Source of the DNA: Thermoflexales bacterium
GTDB taxonomy: Bacteria > Chloroflexota > Anaerolineae > J036 > Brachytrichaceae
Assembly: GCA_025057935.1 (NCBI GenBank)
Contig: JANWUW010000088.1
Span: 19,425 to 83,424 of the forward strand
Direction: 5' to 3'
Length of the DNA: 64,000 bases
How positions within the stretch are numbered: position 1 is the first letter of the stretch; each line of letters begins with the position of its first letter. A program made the translations under genes and the position numbers. The notes beneath the pieces were generated by a model. That model worked only from the letters and a program-made list of their open reading frames with translations, was not told the origin of the DNA and searched no databases. Positions 51,856 to 60,667 of the stretch are shown here, one piece after another.

Positions 51856-52893
51856 CTAGGCACTGCGGTTGAGCAGCTCACGAGCGAGTTGTGCCAAGGA
51901 TTCGCGGGCGTTGCTCGGGGGGAGAGCGTGAAGAGCGCTGATAGCCTGCGCGTAAGCTTGCTCCGCCATTTTTTCCGCGTGGCTTCGCCCGCCGGCGTGC
52001 TCGATGCGCGTGCGCAGCAGCTCAATCTCCTCGGCGGTGAGCGGGCGAGGATCGCCGAAGTAGCGGTCGCGCACGGCTGGGTCGCGCTCAGCGGCGAAGA
52101 GGACGGGCAAGGTCTTTTTGCGATGGGCGAGATCGCTGCTGTGTTTGCCTGTGGAGGCAGGGTCGCCCCAGATGCCGAGGATGTCGTCCTGAAGCTGAAA
52201 CGCGAGCCCCAAGCCCCTGCCGAATGTCTCCAGTGCCTCAGCATGCGCTTCTGCGGCGTTAGCGCAGAGCGCGCCGATGCGACAAGCGGCTGCAATAAGC
52301 GCGGCTGTTTTGCCGCCGATCATGGCGAGGTACTCGTCGGCACTCACGTCGCTGCGCGACTCGAAGCTCAAGTCGAGGTGCTGACCGACAGTGAGCTGCA
52401 AGCAGGTCTCGTCAAACACATGGAACATGCGCACTACTTGAGCCGAAGCAGCTCCCGCCTCAGCACATCGCAGCAGCGCCAAGTGTGCAAGGGCGAACAT
52501 GGCGTCGCCAGCGTTGATGGCTTGCGCTTCACCCCACAGTTTCCACACCGTTGGGCGACCGCGGCGCATTTCATCGCGATCCTCGATGTCGTCGTGGATC
52601 AGTGAGAAGTTGTGCAGCAGCTCAATAGCTGCTGCCGCCGGCAGCGCCACGCGCCAATCTCCCCCGCAGGCTTCGCAGCATAGCAGAGTGAGCACGGGGC
52701 GAATGCGTTTGCCAGCAGGCGCGTGAGTTGGCTGCCCTTGTTCATCGGCGAATCCAAGGTGGTAGTTCAACATGGTGTTGAACCGTGCAGGCTGCGCAGT
52801 TGCATTCACTACAGCGCGCATTTCGGCTTCGATAGCCCCGATGAAGCGCGCGAACGTTGCGGCAAGTGGGTCGCTGAGCATACAAGCATTCAC
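51856..52893 (-). CDS. polyprenyl (geranylgeranyl-type) diphosphate synthase
   Basis: First and second Asp-rich motifs LIHDDIEDRDEMRRG and FQLQDDILG. Confidence 0.85.
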   Translation of the reverse strand: MNACMLSDPLAATFARFIGAIEAEMRAVVNATAQPARFNTMLNYHLGFADEQGQPTHAPAGKRIRPVLTLLCCEACGGDWRVALPAAAAIELLHNFSLIHDDIEDRDEMRRGRPTVWKLWGEAQAINAGDAMFALAHLALLRCAEAGAASAQVVRMFHVFDETCLQLTVGQHLDLSFESRSDVSADEYLAMIGGKTAALIAAACRIGALCANAAEAHAEALETFGRGLGLAFQLQDDILGIWGDPASTGKHSSDLAHRKKTLPVLFAAERDPAVRDRYFGDPRPLTAEEIELLRTRIEHAGGRSHAEKMAEQAYAQAISALHALPPSNARESLAQLARELLNRSA

Positions 52894-52981
52894 TCTACCG
52901 CAAGATGATTGGATCGCTCACGGAGGCACGAGAGGGGCGCGTATGCCTCTAGGTGAGGAAGCGTGTGAGCTGGGCAATCCC

Positions 52982-54478
52982 CTACATGTGCATGGGTGCG
53001 CCGCTGGAGTTGATTGCGCAGGTTTGACGGCGCATGTAGTGCTTCCATGCATCGCCGGCGCTTCCAAGCTCGCCAGCGAGCAAGTGGGAAACTTCTGAAT
53101 CGCTTGTGCCGAGGTTAACGCGGGCAATGCTGCTTTCGCAGCCGCTGCTGCCGATGAAGCGCTCGCTCACGCTCAAGCTGTTGGTGAAAATCGCAGCGGA
53201 AAACCCGCCCGGCACTTCGTTGACCAACGCAATCGCGCGGTCGAGCGTGTCATACTCCACAACGTAGAGGATGGGGGCTGCAACCTCGCGGCGCACAACG
53301 GGCGTTTGCCACGGCATTTCGATGATCGTTGGCTCAACGAAGTTCGGTCCCAGCTCCGAACGGATTTTGCCGCCGATCAGCACTTTGCCGCCCTCTGCCT
53401 TGGCTTGGGCTACGGCTGCCAGAAAGCCTTCCACGTGCCGCGGCGCAGCCAGCGGTCCGACGCGCGTGCCCTCAGCGAGTGGATCGCCTAAGCAGGCGTG
53501 CGCATCGGCGTAGGCACGCAGCAGCCGTTCCAGCAGCGCGGACTTCACGCGATGATGGGCGATCAGGCGGCGAGCGCTGTTGAAGCGCTGCCCAGCGGAA
53601 GCAATCGCGGCAGCAGTGATGGCGCGCGAAGCGAGGTCTAGGTCGGCATCTTCGTGCACAACGATGGCGTTGTTGCCGCTCAGCGTCAGCAATGCTCGCG
53701 CTAGCCGTTCGCCTGTATGCTGTGCCACGCGCTTTCCGACTTGGGGACTGCCCGCAAAGCAGATCAGCGGCAGGCGCGGATCGGTGAGCATTGCCTTGTC
53801 AATGTTCTCTTCCGCGCCGATGAAGAGGTTGAGCACGCCGAGCGCATCATGGTCAGCAGCGACGCGATTGCATATGTGCTGCACGGCAATGGCGCACAGC
53901 GGCACGAGCGGCGATGGATTCCACACCACCGTATCGCCACACACAGCCGCGATGAGCGCGTGCCATCCCCACATAGCGAGCGGGAGATCAAATGCAGTGA
54001 TCACGCCCACAACGCCCAAAGGGTGCCACTGCTCGAACAGGCGATGATGGGGATGATCGGTTGGTAGCGTCGCACCGTGGATTCGGTGCGCAAGCTCAGC
54101 AGCGAGATCGCAAATGCTGAGCAGCGCTTGCACTTCGGCGTGCGCTTCAGCGCGCACTTTGCCCACTTCAAGCGCGATGAGATCGCCAAGCGGCTCTTGA
54201 TGTTCACGCAGCACAGCGCTCAGATCGCGGACGAGCGCGCTGCGCTTCTGCGCTGAGCGCTCGCGCCACTCGAGGAAGGTGACCTGCGCGCGGCGCACGA
54301 CAGCGTCGTAACCTGCAGGCGTGGCTTGGATCACGCGCGCTAACGGTAGATTCGTGGCTGGGTTGACCGAAACAAGCACCACGCCTTCTTGCTCGTGAAT
54401 CCAATCACCGCCGGCGCATGCGCCGTAGTTGGTCTCTCGAATGCCGAGATGCTGGAGGATGGACTGCGCAGTTGGCAT
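52982..54478 (-). CDS. ALDH7-like aldehyde dehydrogenase family protein with substituted catalytic triad (probable pseudoenzyme)
   Basis: Full-length ALDH fold, but ITAFDLP has Asp164 (53987-53989) for Asn, LLTLSGNN has Thr265 (53684-53686) for Glu, and SAGQRFNS has Phe299 (53582-53584) for Cys. Confidence 0.8.
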   Translation of the reverse strand: MPTAQSILQHLGIRETNYGACAGGDWIHEQEGVVLVSVNPATNLPLARVIQATPAGYDAVVRRAQVTFLEWRERSAQKRSALVRDLSAVLREHQEPLGDLIALEVGKVRAEAHAEVQALLSICDLAAELAHRIHGATLPTDHPHHRLFEQWHPLGVVGVITAFDLPLAMWGWHALIAAVCGDTVVWNPSPLVPLCAIAVQHICNRVAADHDALGVLNLFIGAEENIDKAMLTDPRLPLICFAGSPQVGKRVAQHTGERLARALLTLSGNNAIVVHEDADLDLASRAITAAAIASAGQRFNSARRLIAHHRVKSALLERLLRAYADAHACLGDPLAEGTRVGPLAAPRHVEGFLAAVAQAKAEGGKVLIGGKIRSELGPNFVEPTIIEMPWQTPVVRREVAAPILYVVEYDTLDRAIALVNEVPGGFSAAIFTNSLSVSERFIGSSGCESSIARVNLGTSDSEVSHLLAGELGSAGDAWKHYMRRQTCAINSSGAPMHM

Positions 54479-54516
54479 GAATGACGCAAGAGGAAGACAG
54501 CGTGGACCAGCGTTGA

Positions 54517-55329
54517 TCAGGCGTCGGGATCGATTCCGAGCGCGCGCAGCTTTGCTGCAAGCCGCTCAGCGCGTTGTCGTTCGACCTCGGCAAGCTCTCT
54601 GCCGATCAGCAACAGCCTGCCCTCTGCATCGCACCAGCGCAGCCACATCGCCTGGATGCCTTCATAGTTCCCCTCCCACAACGTTACGCTCAAGCCGAGT
54701 GGCGTTAGCGCGTCACGCTCAGCAACTTGCCACGCGCCGCGCACATTCACCATGAGGCGCAGTGGGTCCTCCGACACCCAGCGCTGTGGGTCATACACCA
54801 CGTAGTAACGTACGCCGATGTTCGCATACGTCTGCGCCTTTCGGTCAAGCTCGCCGCCTTCGCGGTTCGAGACGATCTCCACTACTACATCAGGGGCTTT
54901 GCCGTATATCCACGTGAAATACGAGCGCCCTTCCTTCTGCCAGACATCTTGCAGCGGCTCAACGCCGACGCTGAGCAAGAAGTCAGGCACGACGGGAGGC
55001 GCATATAAGCTGTAGAACACGCCCACGTTGGCGAGAGCGAGAAAACGCTTGCCTGCCTCAGGGTGTGACCAACTGGTGTAAAGCGCATCAACGAGGAGCG
55101 ATTGCTGCTTGGCGGAGAAGATGTTGTCCACGGGCTGGTCATCCTCGGTGACGAGGGATTGCATGACGCGCTGATACTCTGCCCACTGCTCAGGCGTGAT
55201 CCACGGCGGGCGTTGCCCCACGGGCGCTGTGGGACCGAAAGAGGCATTCGCCTGGATCACTGTGCCGGCTTCGAGCGTCATGAGCGGAGATTGTACGCAA
55301 GTGTGCGCGTAAAGTACACTACTGAGCAT
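54517..55329 (-). CDS. Uma2 (DUF820) family putative endonuclease
   Basis: DDQPVDNIFSAKQ, VVPDFLLSVGV, APDVVVEIVS core, plus a C-terminal coiled tail. The alternative start at 55281 would avoid overlapping the tatC start. Confidence 0.75.
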   Translation of the reverse strand: MLSSVLYAHTCVQSPLMTLEAGTVIQANASFGPTAPVGQRPPWITPEQWAEYQRVMQSLVTEDDQPVDNIFSAKQQSLLVDALYTSWSHPEAGKRFLALANVGVFYSLYAPPVVPDFLLSVGVEPLQDVWQKEGRSYFTWIYGKAPDVVVEIVSNREGGELDRKAQTYANIGVRYYVVYDPQRWVSEDPLRLMVNVRGAWQVAERDALTPLGLSVTLWEGNYEGIQAMWLRWCDAEGRLLLIGRELAEVERQRAERLAAKLRALGIDPDA

Positions 55330-56101
55330 GGCTCAAGACGTGAAGCCGGCCTCTGAAGAGGGCATGACCCTCATGGAGCATCTTGCCGAGTTGCGCGAGC
55401 GGCTGATCAAGTCCGTGATCGCGCTCGTCGTTGGTGCGGCTGTCGGCTTAGCGCTCTCGGAGCACATCCTAAAGATTTTGCTCGGTCCATACGGTCCGTC
55501 GAAGCAGCTTTTGGTCACCAACCCTCTCTCGCCGCTCACCAATGTTTTTGTGGTCTCGGTCACTTTCGGGGCTATTCTCGCTTCGCCCGTGGTGCTGTAC
55601 CAGATTTTGGCGTTTGTCTTCCCAGGGCTTCTGCCGCATGAGCGGCGGTGGGTGCTGATCGCGTTGCCGTTTGGTTTTGGTTTGTTTGTCCTCGGCGCGG
55701 CGTTTGCCTTCTTCGTCATGCTCCCCGCAGCAGTTGGCTTTCTGACAAGCATTTTCCCTACCGTCTTCACCGTTGCGCTGACGCCAGACGATTACATTCC
55801 CTTCGTCGCCGGCGTGATGTTCTGGATGGGCGTGGCGTTCGAGATGCCGCTGATCGTCTTTGCGCTGGCGAAGGCAAACGTGCTAAACGCGCGCGTGCTG
55901 GCGCGGCACTGGCGCTGGGCTGTGATCATCATCGCCGTGATAGCAGCGCTCATCACGCCAACCCCCGACCCCATCAACATGAGCTTGGTGATGGTGCCAC
56001 TGCTGCTGCTGTATGGCTTGAGCATTCTGCTCGCTGCGCTGGCGCGGCGCAACGCCAGCGTGCCTGCGATGCTCGACCCCGAGGAAAAGGTGGGCGCTTA
56101 G
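55328..56101 (+). CDS. tatC: twin-arginine translocase subunit TatC
   Basis: MTLMEHLAELRERLIKS, six TM spans. The real start may be ATG 55364. Confidence 0.9.
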   Translation: MAQDVKPASEEGMTLMEHLAELRERLIKSVIALVVGAAVGLALSEHILKILLGPYGPSKQLLVTNPLSPLTNVFVVSVTFGAILASPVVLYQILAFVFPGLLPHERRWVLIALPFGFGLFVLGAAFAFFVMLPAAVGFLTSIFPTVFTVALTPDDYIPFVAGVMFWMGVAFEMPLIVFALAKANVLNARVLARHWRWAVIIIAVIAALITPTPDPINMSLVMVPLLLLYGLSILLAALARRNASVPAMLDPEEKVGA

Positions 56102-56121
56102 CGGGGCAGAACGTCTTTACT

Positions 56122-57189
56122 TTAGCAGATGCGCGGCAGGAGCTCACCTTGGGGCATGGGCACCACGCGTGTCCCGCCAATGCGCGTGCGCAGAGCGACG
56201 ATCTCTGGGTGCTGGTCGGTGACTTCTCCGATGAGCGCAGCCGCCTCGCCAAGTGGGTGCGCGCGCATAGCGGCGAGCATCGCCTCCGCATGCTCGCGCG
56301 CGACGATGGCGATCAGCTTGCCCTCGTTGGCTACGTAGAGCGGGTCGAGCCCTAGCATCTCGCATGCCGCGCGGACGGCAGGGCGTATGGGGATAGCGCG
56401 CTCGTCGAGCACAATGCCCACCTGCGCTTGCTGCGCAATCTCGTTCAACGCTGCTGCGAGACCGCCACGCGTAGGGTCGCGCAACATGTGCACAGCCTCG
56501 GCGTTGACCGCGAGCAGTGCCTGGACGAGGGTGTGCAGCGGTGCCGTATCGCTCTGGATTGGTGCGTCAAATTCGAGTCCTTCGCGCACGCTCATGATGG
56601 CAATACCGTGGTCGCCGATGGTGCCGCTGACCAGCACAGCGTCGCCAGGGCGCACATGCTGCGGCGCAATGGAGACCCCAGGCGGGATCATGCCGAGCCC
56701 TGTGGTATTGATGAACACGCCATCGCCATGACCCTTCTCCACAACTTTAGTGTCGCCAGCCACGATGCTCACGCCTGCGCGGCGCGCAGCTGTGCCCATG
56801 GCGTGAGCAATGGTGTTGAGGGTTGCGAGCGGCACGCCTTCCTCTAGGATGAACGCTGCAGTGAGATGCAGTGGCTGCGCGCCACACATCGCAAGATCGT
56901 TGATGGTGCCGTTCACCGCCAACTCGCCGATGTTGCCGCCGGGGAAGAAGAGCGGGCGCACCACGAACGAGTCGGTCGAGAGCACAAGGCGCCCTCCCGC
57001 GACATGAATCACCGCCCCATCGCCGCGCGCGCGCAGGACCTCGTTGTCGAACGCTGGCAGAAAGAGATGCGTCACGAGATCAGCCGAGAGCCGCCCGCCA
57101 CTTCCGTGCCCTATGGTGACGTGGGGGTAATCGCGCAAAGGCAGAGGGCATTCCAGCAAGAAACTCTGGCTATCGGCGAAGGTGCTCAT
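56122..57189 (-). CDS. hypE: hydrogenase maturation protein HypE
   Basis: TIGHGSGG, STDSFVVRPLFFPGGNIGELAVNGTINDLAMCGA, RDPTRGG, and the C-terminal PRIC tetrapeptide (Cys codon 56125-56127). Confidence 0.85.
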   Translation of the reverse strand: MSTFADSQSFLLECPLPLRDYPHVTIGHGSGGRLSADLVTHLFLPAFDNEVLRARGDGAVIHVAGGRLVLSTDSFVVRPLFFPGGNIGELAVNGTINDLAMCGAQPLHLTAAFILEEGVPLATLNTIAHAMGTAARRAGVSIVAGDTKVVEKGHGDGVFINTTGLGMIPPGVSIAPQHVRPGDAVLVSGTIGDHGIAIMSVREGLEFDAPIQSDTAPLHTLVQALLAVNAEAVHMLRDPTRGGLAAALNEIAQQAQVGIVLDERAIPIRPAVRAACEMLGLDPLYVANEGKLIAIVAREHAEAMLAAMRAHPLGEAAALIGEVTDQHPEIVALRTRIGGTRVVPMPQGELLPRIC

Positions 57190-57192
57190 CTT

Positions 57193-57924
57193 TCACACCA
57201 ACGAGCGCCCACCGTCCACGAAATACACTGCGCCTGTGGCGAAGTCCTCTTCGATCAGATACCGCACGGTGCGCGCCACGTCCATGGGGTCACCAATGCG
57301 CTTGAGCGCTGATTTCTCGACAGCCCAGCGGCGTTTCGCTTCGTCGGCGTTCTCAGGGAGCAGCACGGTGCCAGGCGCGATGGCGTTAACGCGAATGCTC
57401 GGCGCCCACTCGAGCGCTAACACGCGTGTGAGCGCCACAAGCGCTGCTTTGCTCGCAGCGTGGTGGGCGTATCCTGTCCAAGCCTGGAACGCTGAGAGAT
57501 CAGCTAGGTTAAGGATCACCCCTCGTCCCTGTCGCAGCATGTGCGGCGCAACGGCTTGCGCGAGGAAAAACGGCGCCTTGGCGTTCACAGCGAAGGTAGC
57601 CTCCCATTCACTCTCCTGCAACTCAAGCGCCGGCCGCTGTAACCAAATTGAAGCGTTGTTGATCAGCACGTCCACGCGCCCGAAGTGCGCCAACGTTGCT
57701 TCCACGAGGGCGCGTGCCTCGTCAAGGTGTGTCACATCTGCGCGCATAGCGAGCGCGTTGCCGCTGCGCGCGCGCAGCTCGGCGAGCGTTTCGCGCCAAG
57801 GTTCGTCTTCAGTGTAATAGCTGAACGCCACGAGGGCGCCATGCGCAGCGAGGTCGAGCGCTACAGCGCGACCCACGCGCTGAGCTGCGCCAGTAATGAG
57901 GATGACACAGCCAGCAACCTCCAT
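57193..57924 (-). CDS. SDR family oxidoreductase
   Basis: ITGAAQRVGRAVA (TGxxxxxG), NNAS, YAHHAASK (YxxxK). Confidence 0.85.
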   Translation of the reverse strand: MEVAGCVILITGAAQRVGRAVALDLAAHGALVAFSYYTEDEPWRETLAELRARSGNALAMRADVTHLDEARALVEATLAHFGRVDVLINNASIWLQRPALELQESEWEATFAVNAKAPFFLAQAVAPHMLRQGRGVILNLADLSAFQAWTGYAHHAASKAALVALTRVLALEWAPSIRVNAIAPGTVLLPENADEAKRRWAVEKSALKRIGDPMDVARTVRYLIEEDFATGAVYFVDGGRSLV

Positions 57925-58033
57925 GACTTGCTTTGCTGAAGCTTCGCCCGATGATATTCCGCTCGCGTGTGGCTGCTTTGCTGTTCCTGCTAGGGCGCTG
58001 TGCTAGCACGCGCTTAAGCATGCAACGTGCGTG

Positions 58034-58873
58034 TCAAGGCACGCTGTCGCTCGTCTCTTTGCCGAACACGGTTTGCTCGCGTGTTTGCGCCGAGGTGCGG
58101 CTGTCGTAGTACTCGCGCCAACGATAGAACAGCCCGTCCTGCATGATGCCGATGTTGAGGTCTTGGTCGCTGGCGCGCACGCCAGTCTTGCGGTTGGTGC
58201 ACGTCCACGTTTGCTGCACGGCGAACCAAATGCCATTGTGCACCACGTGATGCACCTCGATCGTTGTATCGGCGTAATTCTCGAAATATGCCTTCACAGC
58301 TTGGCGCAGCGCCTCATGACCGCGCACCACCTCGAGCGGAGTTTGGATCAAGCTTTGCGGGGCGTGACAGCTCACCACTGTCTCAGCATCGCCCTTTGCC
58401 CAACCCTCGCGCGTATGGCGGAAATGAACGGCGAGCTTCTCCGCGCGGCTCATCACGTGATGAGGTGCAGGCACGTGGGTGGGCAGCACCTCGGGACGAA
58501 GCGGATCGTTACTACGGACAAGGCGCTGCGTGCTCGGGTCAGTGTGGAGTCGTAACCACGCGATGCGTTCGCCGCTCATGCGCAGAAGCACGCCCTGTTC
58601 AATTTCCTGCCATGCGTAACCGTCTGCACTGGTGCGCACTACCCACTCACCTGCCCACCAATGTGGGTCATCAGCATCGGCGAAGGCGCGACGCACGAAG
58701 AGCTGCGCGCGAGCGTGAGGGGGCAGCCAGCGTTGCAGCACGCCATGCGCAGAGTGGGTTGTTCCGTCAACAATGCACACAGCATGCGGCTCGAGCAATG
58801 CGAAAACGTCAGCCGCATTGCCCGCAGTGAGCGCATCTGCCAATCGCACGAGGGGTGAGACGATGGGGTTCAT
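58034..58873 (-). CDS. tandem NTF2/SnoaL-like domain protein
   Basis: Track ORF trimmed to MNPIVSPLVRLAD (ATG 58873, ATGA overlap with the SCP2 stop). Two ~130-aa halves with a SnoaL-like pattern. Assignment is weak. Confidence 0.5.
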   Translation of the reverse strand: MNPIVSPLVRLADALTAGNAADVFALLEPHAVCIVDGTTHSAHGVLQRWLPPHARAQLFVRRAFADADDPHWWAGEWVVRTSADGYAWQEIEQGVLLRMSGERIAWLRLHTDPSTQRLVRSNDPLRPEVLPTHVPAPHHVMSRAEKLAVHFRHTREGWAKGDAETVVSCHAPQSLIQTPLEVVRGHEALRQAVKAYFENYADTTIEVHHVVHNGIWFAVQQTWTCTNRKTGVRASDQDLNIGIMQDGLFYRWREYYDSRTSAQTREQTVFGKETSDSVP

Positions 58874-59211
58874 CCGAGGAACATGCGCTGGAAGCGCATC
58901 ATCAGCGCAAGGTCGCCAGCGATCTTGAGCCGACCGCTCATGAACGCGCGCGTTGGGTCGAGCTTGCCAGTCACGATGTCCACCCAATCGCTGGCAGCAA
59001 CGTGGATGGTCACGGTGGGCTTCTCTGCAGTTCCTTCTGCGACGTTCGCCTCGCCTTCGCGGATGGAGAGCACGTAATTTCCGCCACCTTCGCCTGAGGC
59101 GTTGAGCTGGATTACCGCGTTGACGCCTTTCGCCAGCGCAGGGTTGAAGCGCGTCATCATTTGCTGCAGTGACTCGAGCACAGTCATGCGTGTTTGCTCC
59201 GTGGATGACAT
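58870..59211 (-). CDS. SCP2 sterol-binding domain protein
   Basis: AVIQLNASGEGGGNYVLSI...DWVDIVTGKLDPTRAFMSGRLKIAGDLALMMRFQRMF. Confidence 0.75.
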   Translation of the reverse strand: MSSTEQTRMTVLESLQQMMTRFNPALAKGVNAVIQLNASGEGGGNYVLSIREGEANVAEGTAEKPTVTIHVAASDWVDIVTGKLDPTRAFMSGRLKIAGDLALMMRFQRMFLG

Positions 59212-59349
59212 GATACGGAAAGTATACCGAGCGACCTTGGGGGAGCGAGCGCTTCAGCGCTGGCTTGCGCTGCTGGCGACAAGACGAGCGAACGCCCCTA
59301 GACAAATTTGCAGCCGACTTGGGAATGGGCACTGATCGCCCTGCAGGAT

Positions 59350-59375
59350 GCAACGCGAAGAAGCCGTCTGCGTAA
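59350..59375 (+). promoter_or_regulatory. possible ECF-type promoter GCAAC-N16-CGTAA
   Basis: gGCAACgcgaagaagccgtctgCGTAAg lies 15 nt upstream of the sigma-factor ORF. It resembles the GGAAC-N16/17-CGT ECF architecture and overlaps a small CGTCT/AGACG inverted repeat. Confidence 0.3.
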
Positions 59376-59389
59376 GACGTTATTAGCTG

Positions 59390-60055
59390 ATGATGGCGCT
59401 CCTTGGGTGCGCGGAAATGCCAACGCGAGTTTTGACCGAGCGAGCAGATGACGCAGGCGCCGATGAGCAGGCGCAGGCTGTAGCAGCAGTGCAGCGCGTG
59501 CTCGGTGGCGACCGCGAGGCGTTCCGGTGGGTTGTGGAAACCTATCAGGCTCGGGTTTACGGCTTAGCGCTGCGCATGCTCGGCGACCCCAATGAGGCGG
59601 AGGATGTCTCGCAAGAGACCTTCTTGCGCGCGTATCTTTACCTGGGTTCGTATCGCCCCCATCACCGATTCAAGACGTGGCTGTTCTCCATCGCTGCTCA
59701 CCTGTGCATCGATCGGTTGCGCCGTCGGCGGCGTGCTCCTGCGTCTTTGGACGAGGCAACGGTCGGCGAAAGCGCAGCGCCTGAAGAAGGCAATCTTGCG
59801 CTTGCCGACCCTGCGCCTTTGCCTGAGGAGGTGGTCAACGTGCGACAGCGTGAAGCGCTTGTGCGCGCGATGTTGGCAGAGTTGCCGCCTCTCGATCGCA
59901 TGTTGGTCGCAATGGCCTATCTCGATGACCTTAAGCTTGAGGAGATCGCGCGCGCCACTCATCTGTCTGTGAGTGCTGTGAAATCGCGTCTCTTCCGCGC
60001 GCGCCAGAGAATGAGCCGCTCGAAATGGGCAATCTATCTGCTGGAGGAGAGCTAA
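59390..60055 (+). CDS. ECF (sigma-70 family) RNA polymerase sigma factor
   Basis: Region 2 FRWVVETYQARVYGLALRMLGDPNEAEDVSQETFLRAY. Region 4 LDDLKLEEIARATHLSVSAVKSRLFRARQRM. Confidence 0.85.
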   Translation: MMALLGCAEMPTRVLTERADDAGADEQAQAVAAVQRVLGGDREAFRWVVETYQARVYGLALRMLGDPNEAEDVSQETFLRAYLYLGSYRPHHRFKTWLFSIAAHLCIDRLRRRRRAPASLDEATVGESAAPEEGNLALADPAPLPEEVVNVRQREALVRAMLAELPPLDRMLVAMAYLDDLKLEEIARATHLSVSAVKSRLFRARQRMSRSKWAIYLLEES

Positions 60056-60621
60056 TGAGCAATGCATCTCAGAAGCCAGGCGGAGCTTGGATTGAGGAAC
60101 TAATGCAGCGTTGGCTTGAGGGCACGCTGAGCCCTGCTGAGTCTGCGTTGCTCGAGGCATCCCTTGCGGAGCACCCAGAACAGCGTGCCTTGTTGCAACG
60201 CATGGCAGCCGTAGAAGCAGCGCTGCGCGCACAGCCAAAGGCGGCCCCGTCGCCTCAGTTTTCCGCGCGGGTGATGCTCGCGATTCGCGCGCTGCCGTGC
60301 CCACGCCGTGCGCTGAACATGCGCTCTGCGATTGGCGCGCTTGTGGCGCTTAGCGGGAGCACTGTGTTGGTCTGGGCTTCTGTTCTTCTTTTACTTGCTG
60401 TTGCGCTTGCCCCACTTCACCCCGTCACTCAGATTCTTCTCTCCCTCGTGAGCACAGCGTTAGGAGTAGCCATCCAACTGCTCAGCGCTTTGCTCACGAC
60501 GGCTAGGGCGTTGCTCGCACAGCCTGCAGTGCAGAGCATCTTCCTTGTTGGCTTTGGGGCTACGGCGCTTTGGTTGATGGTGCTGCGCCGCCAGCTCAGT
60601 CGGCTGTCGGGCGCAACTTGA
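60055..60621 (+). CDS. putative membrane anti-sigma factor
   Basis: ATG overlaps the sigma stop (TAATG). N-terminal LMQRWLEGTLSPAESALLEASLAEHPE anti-sigma-like helix, then 3 TM spans. Confidence 0.6.
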   Translation: MSNASQKPGGAWIEELMQRWLEGTLSPAESALLEASLAEHPEQRALLQRMAAVEAALRAQPKAAPSPQFSARVMLAIRALPCPRRALNMRSAIGALVALSGSTVLVWASVLLLLAVALAPLHPVTQILLSLVSTALGVAIQLLSALLTTARALLAQPAVQSIFLVGFGATALWLMVLRRQLSRLSGAT

Positions 60622-60667
60622 GCCCTCGGTCGTGCGTAGTGTGAGTATGCACTGGAGGTGTCCTGTG

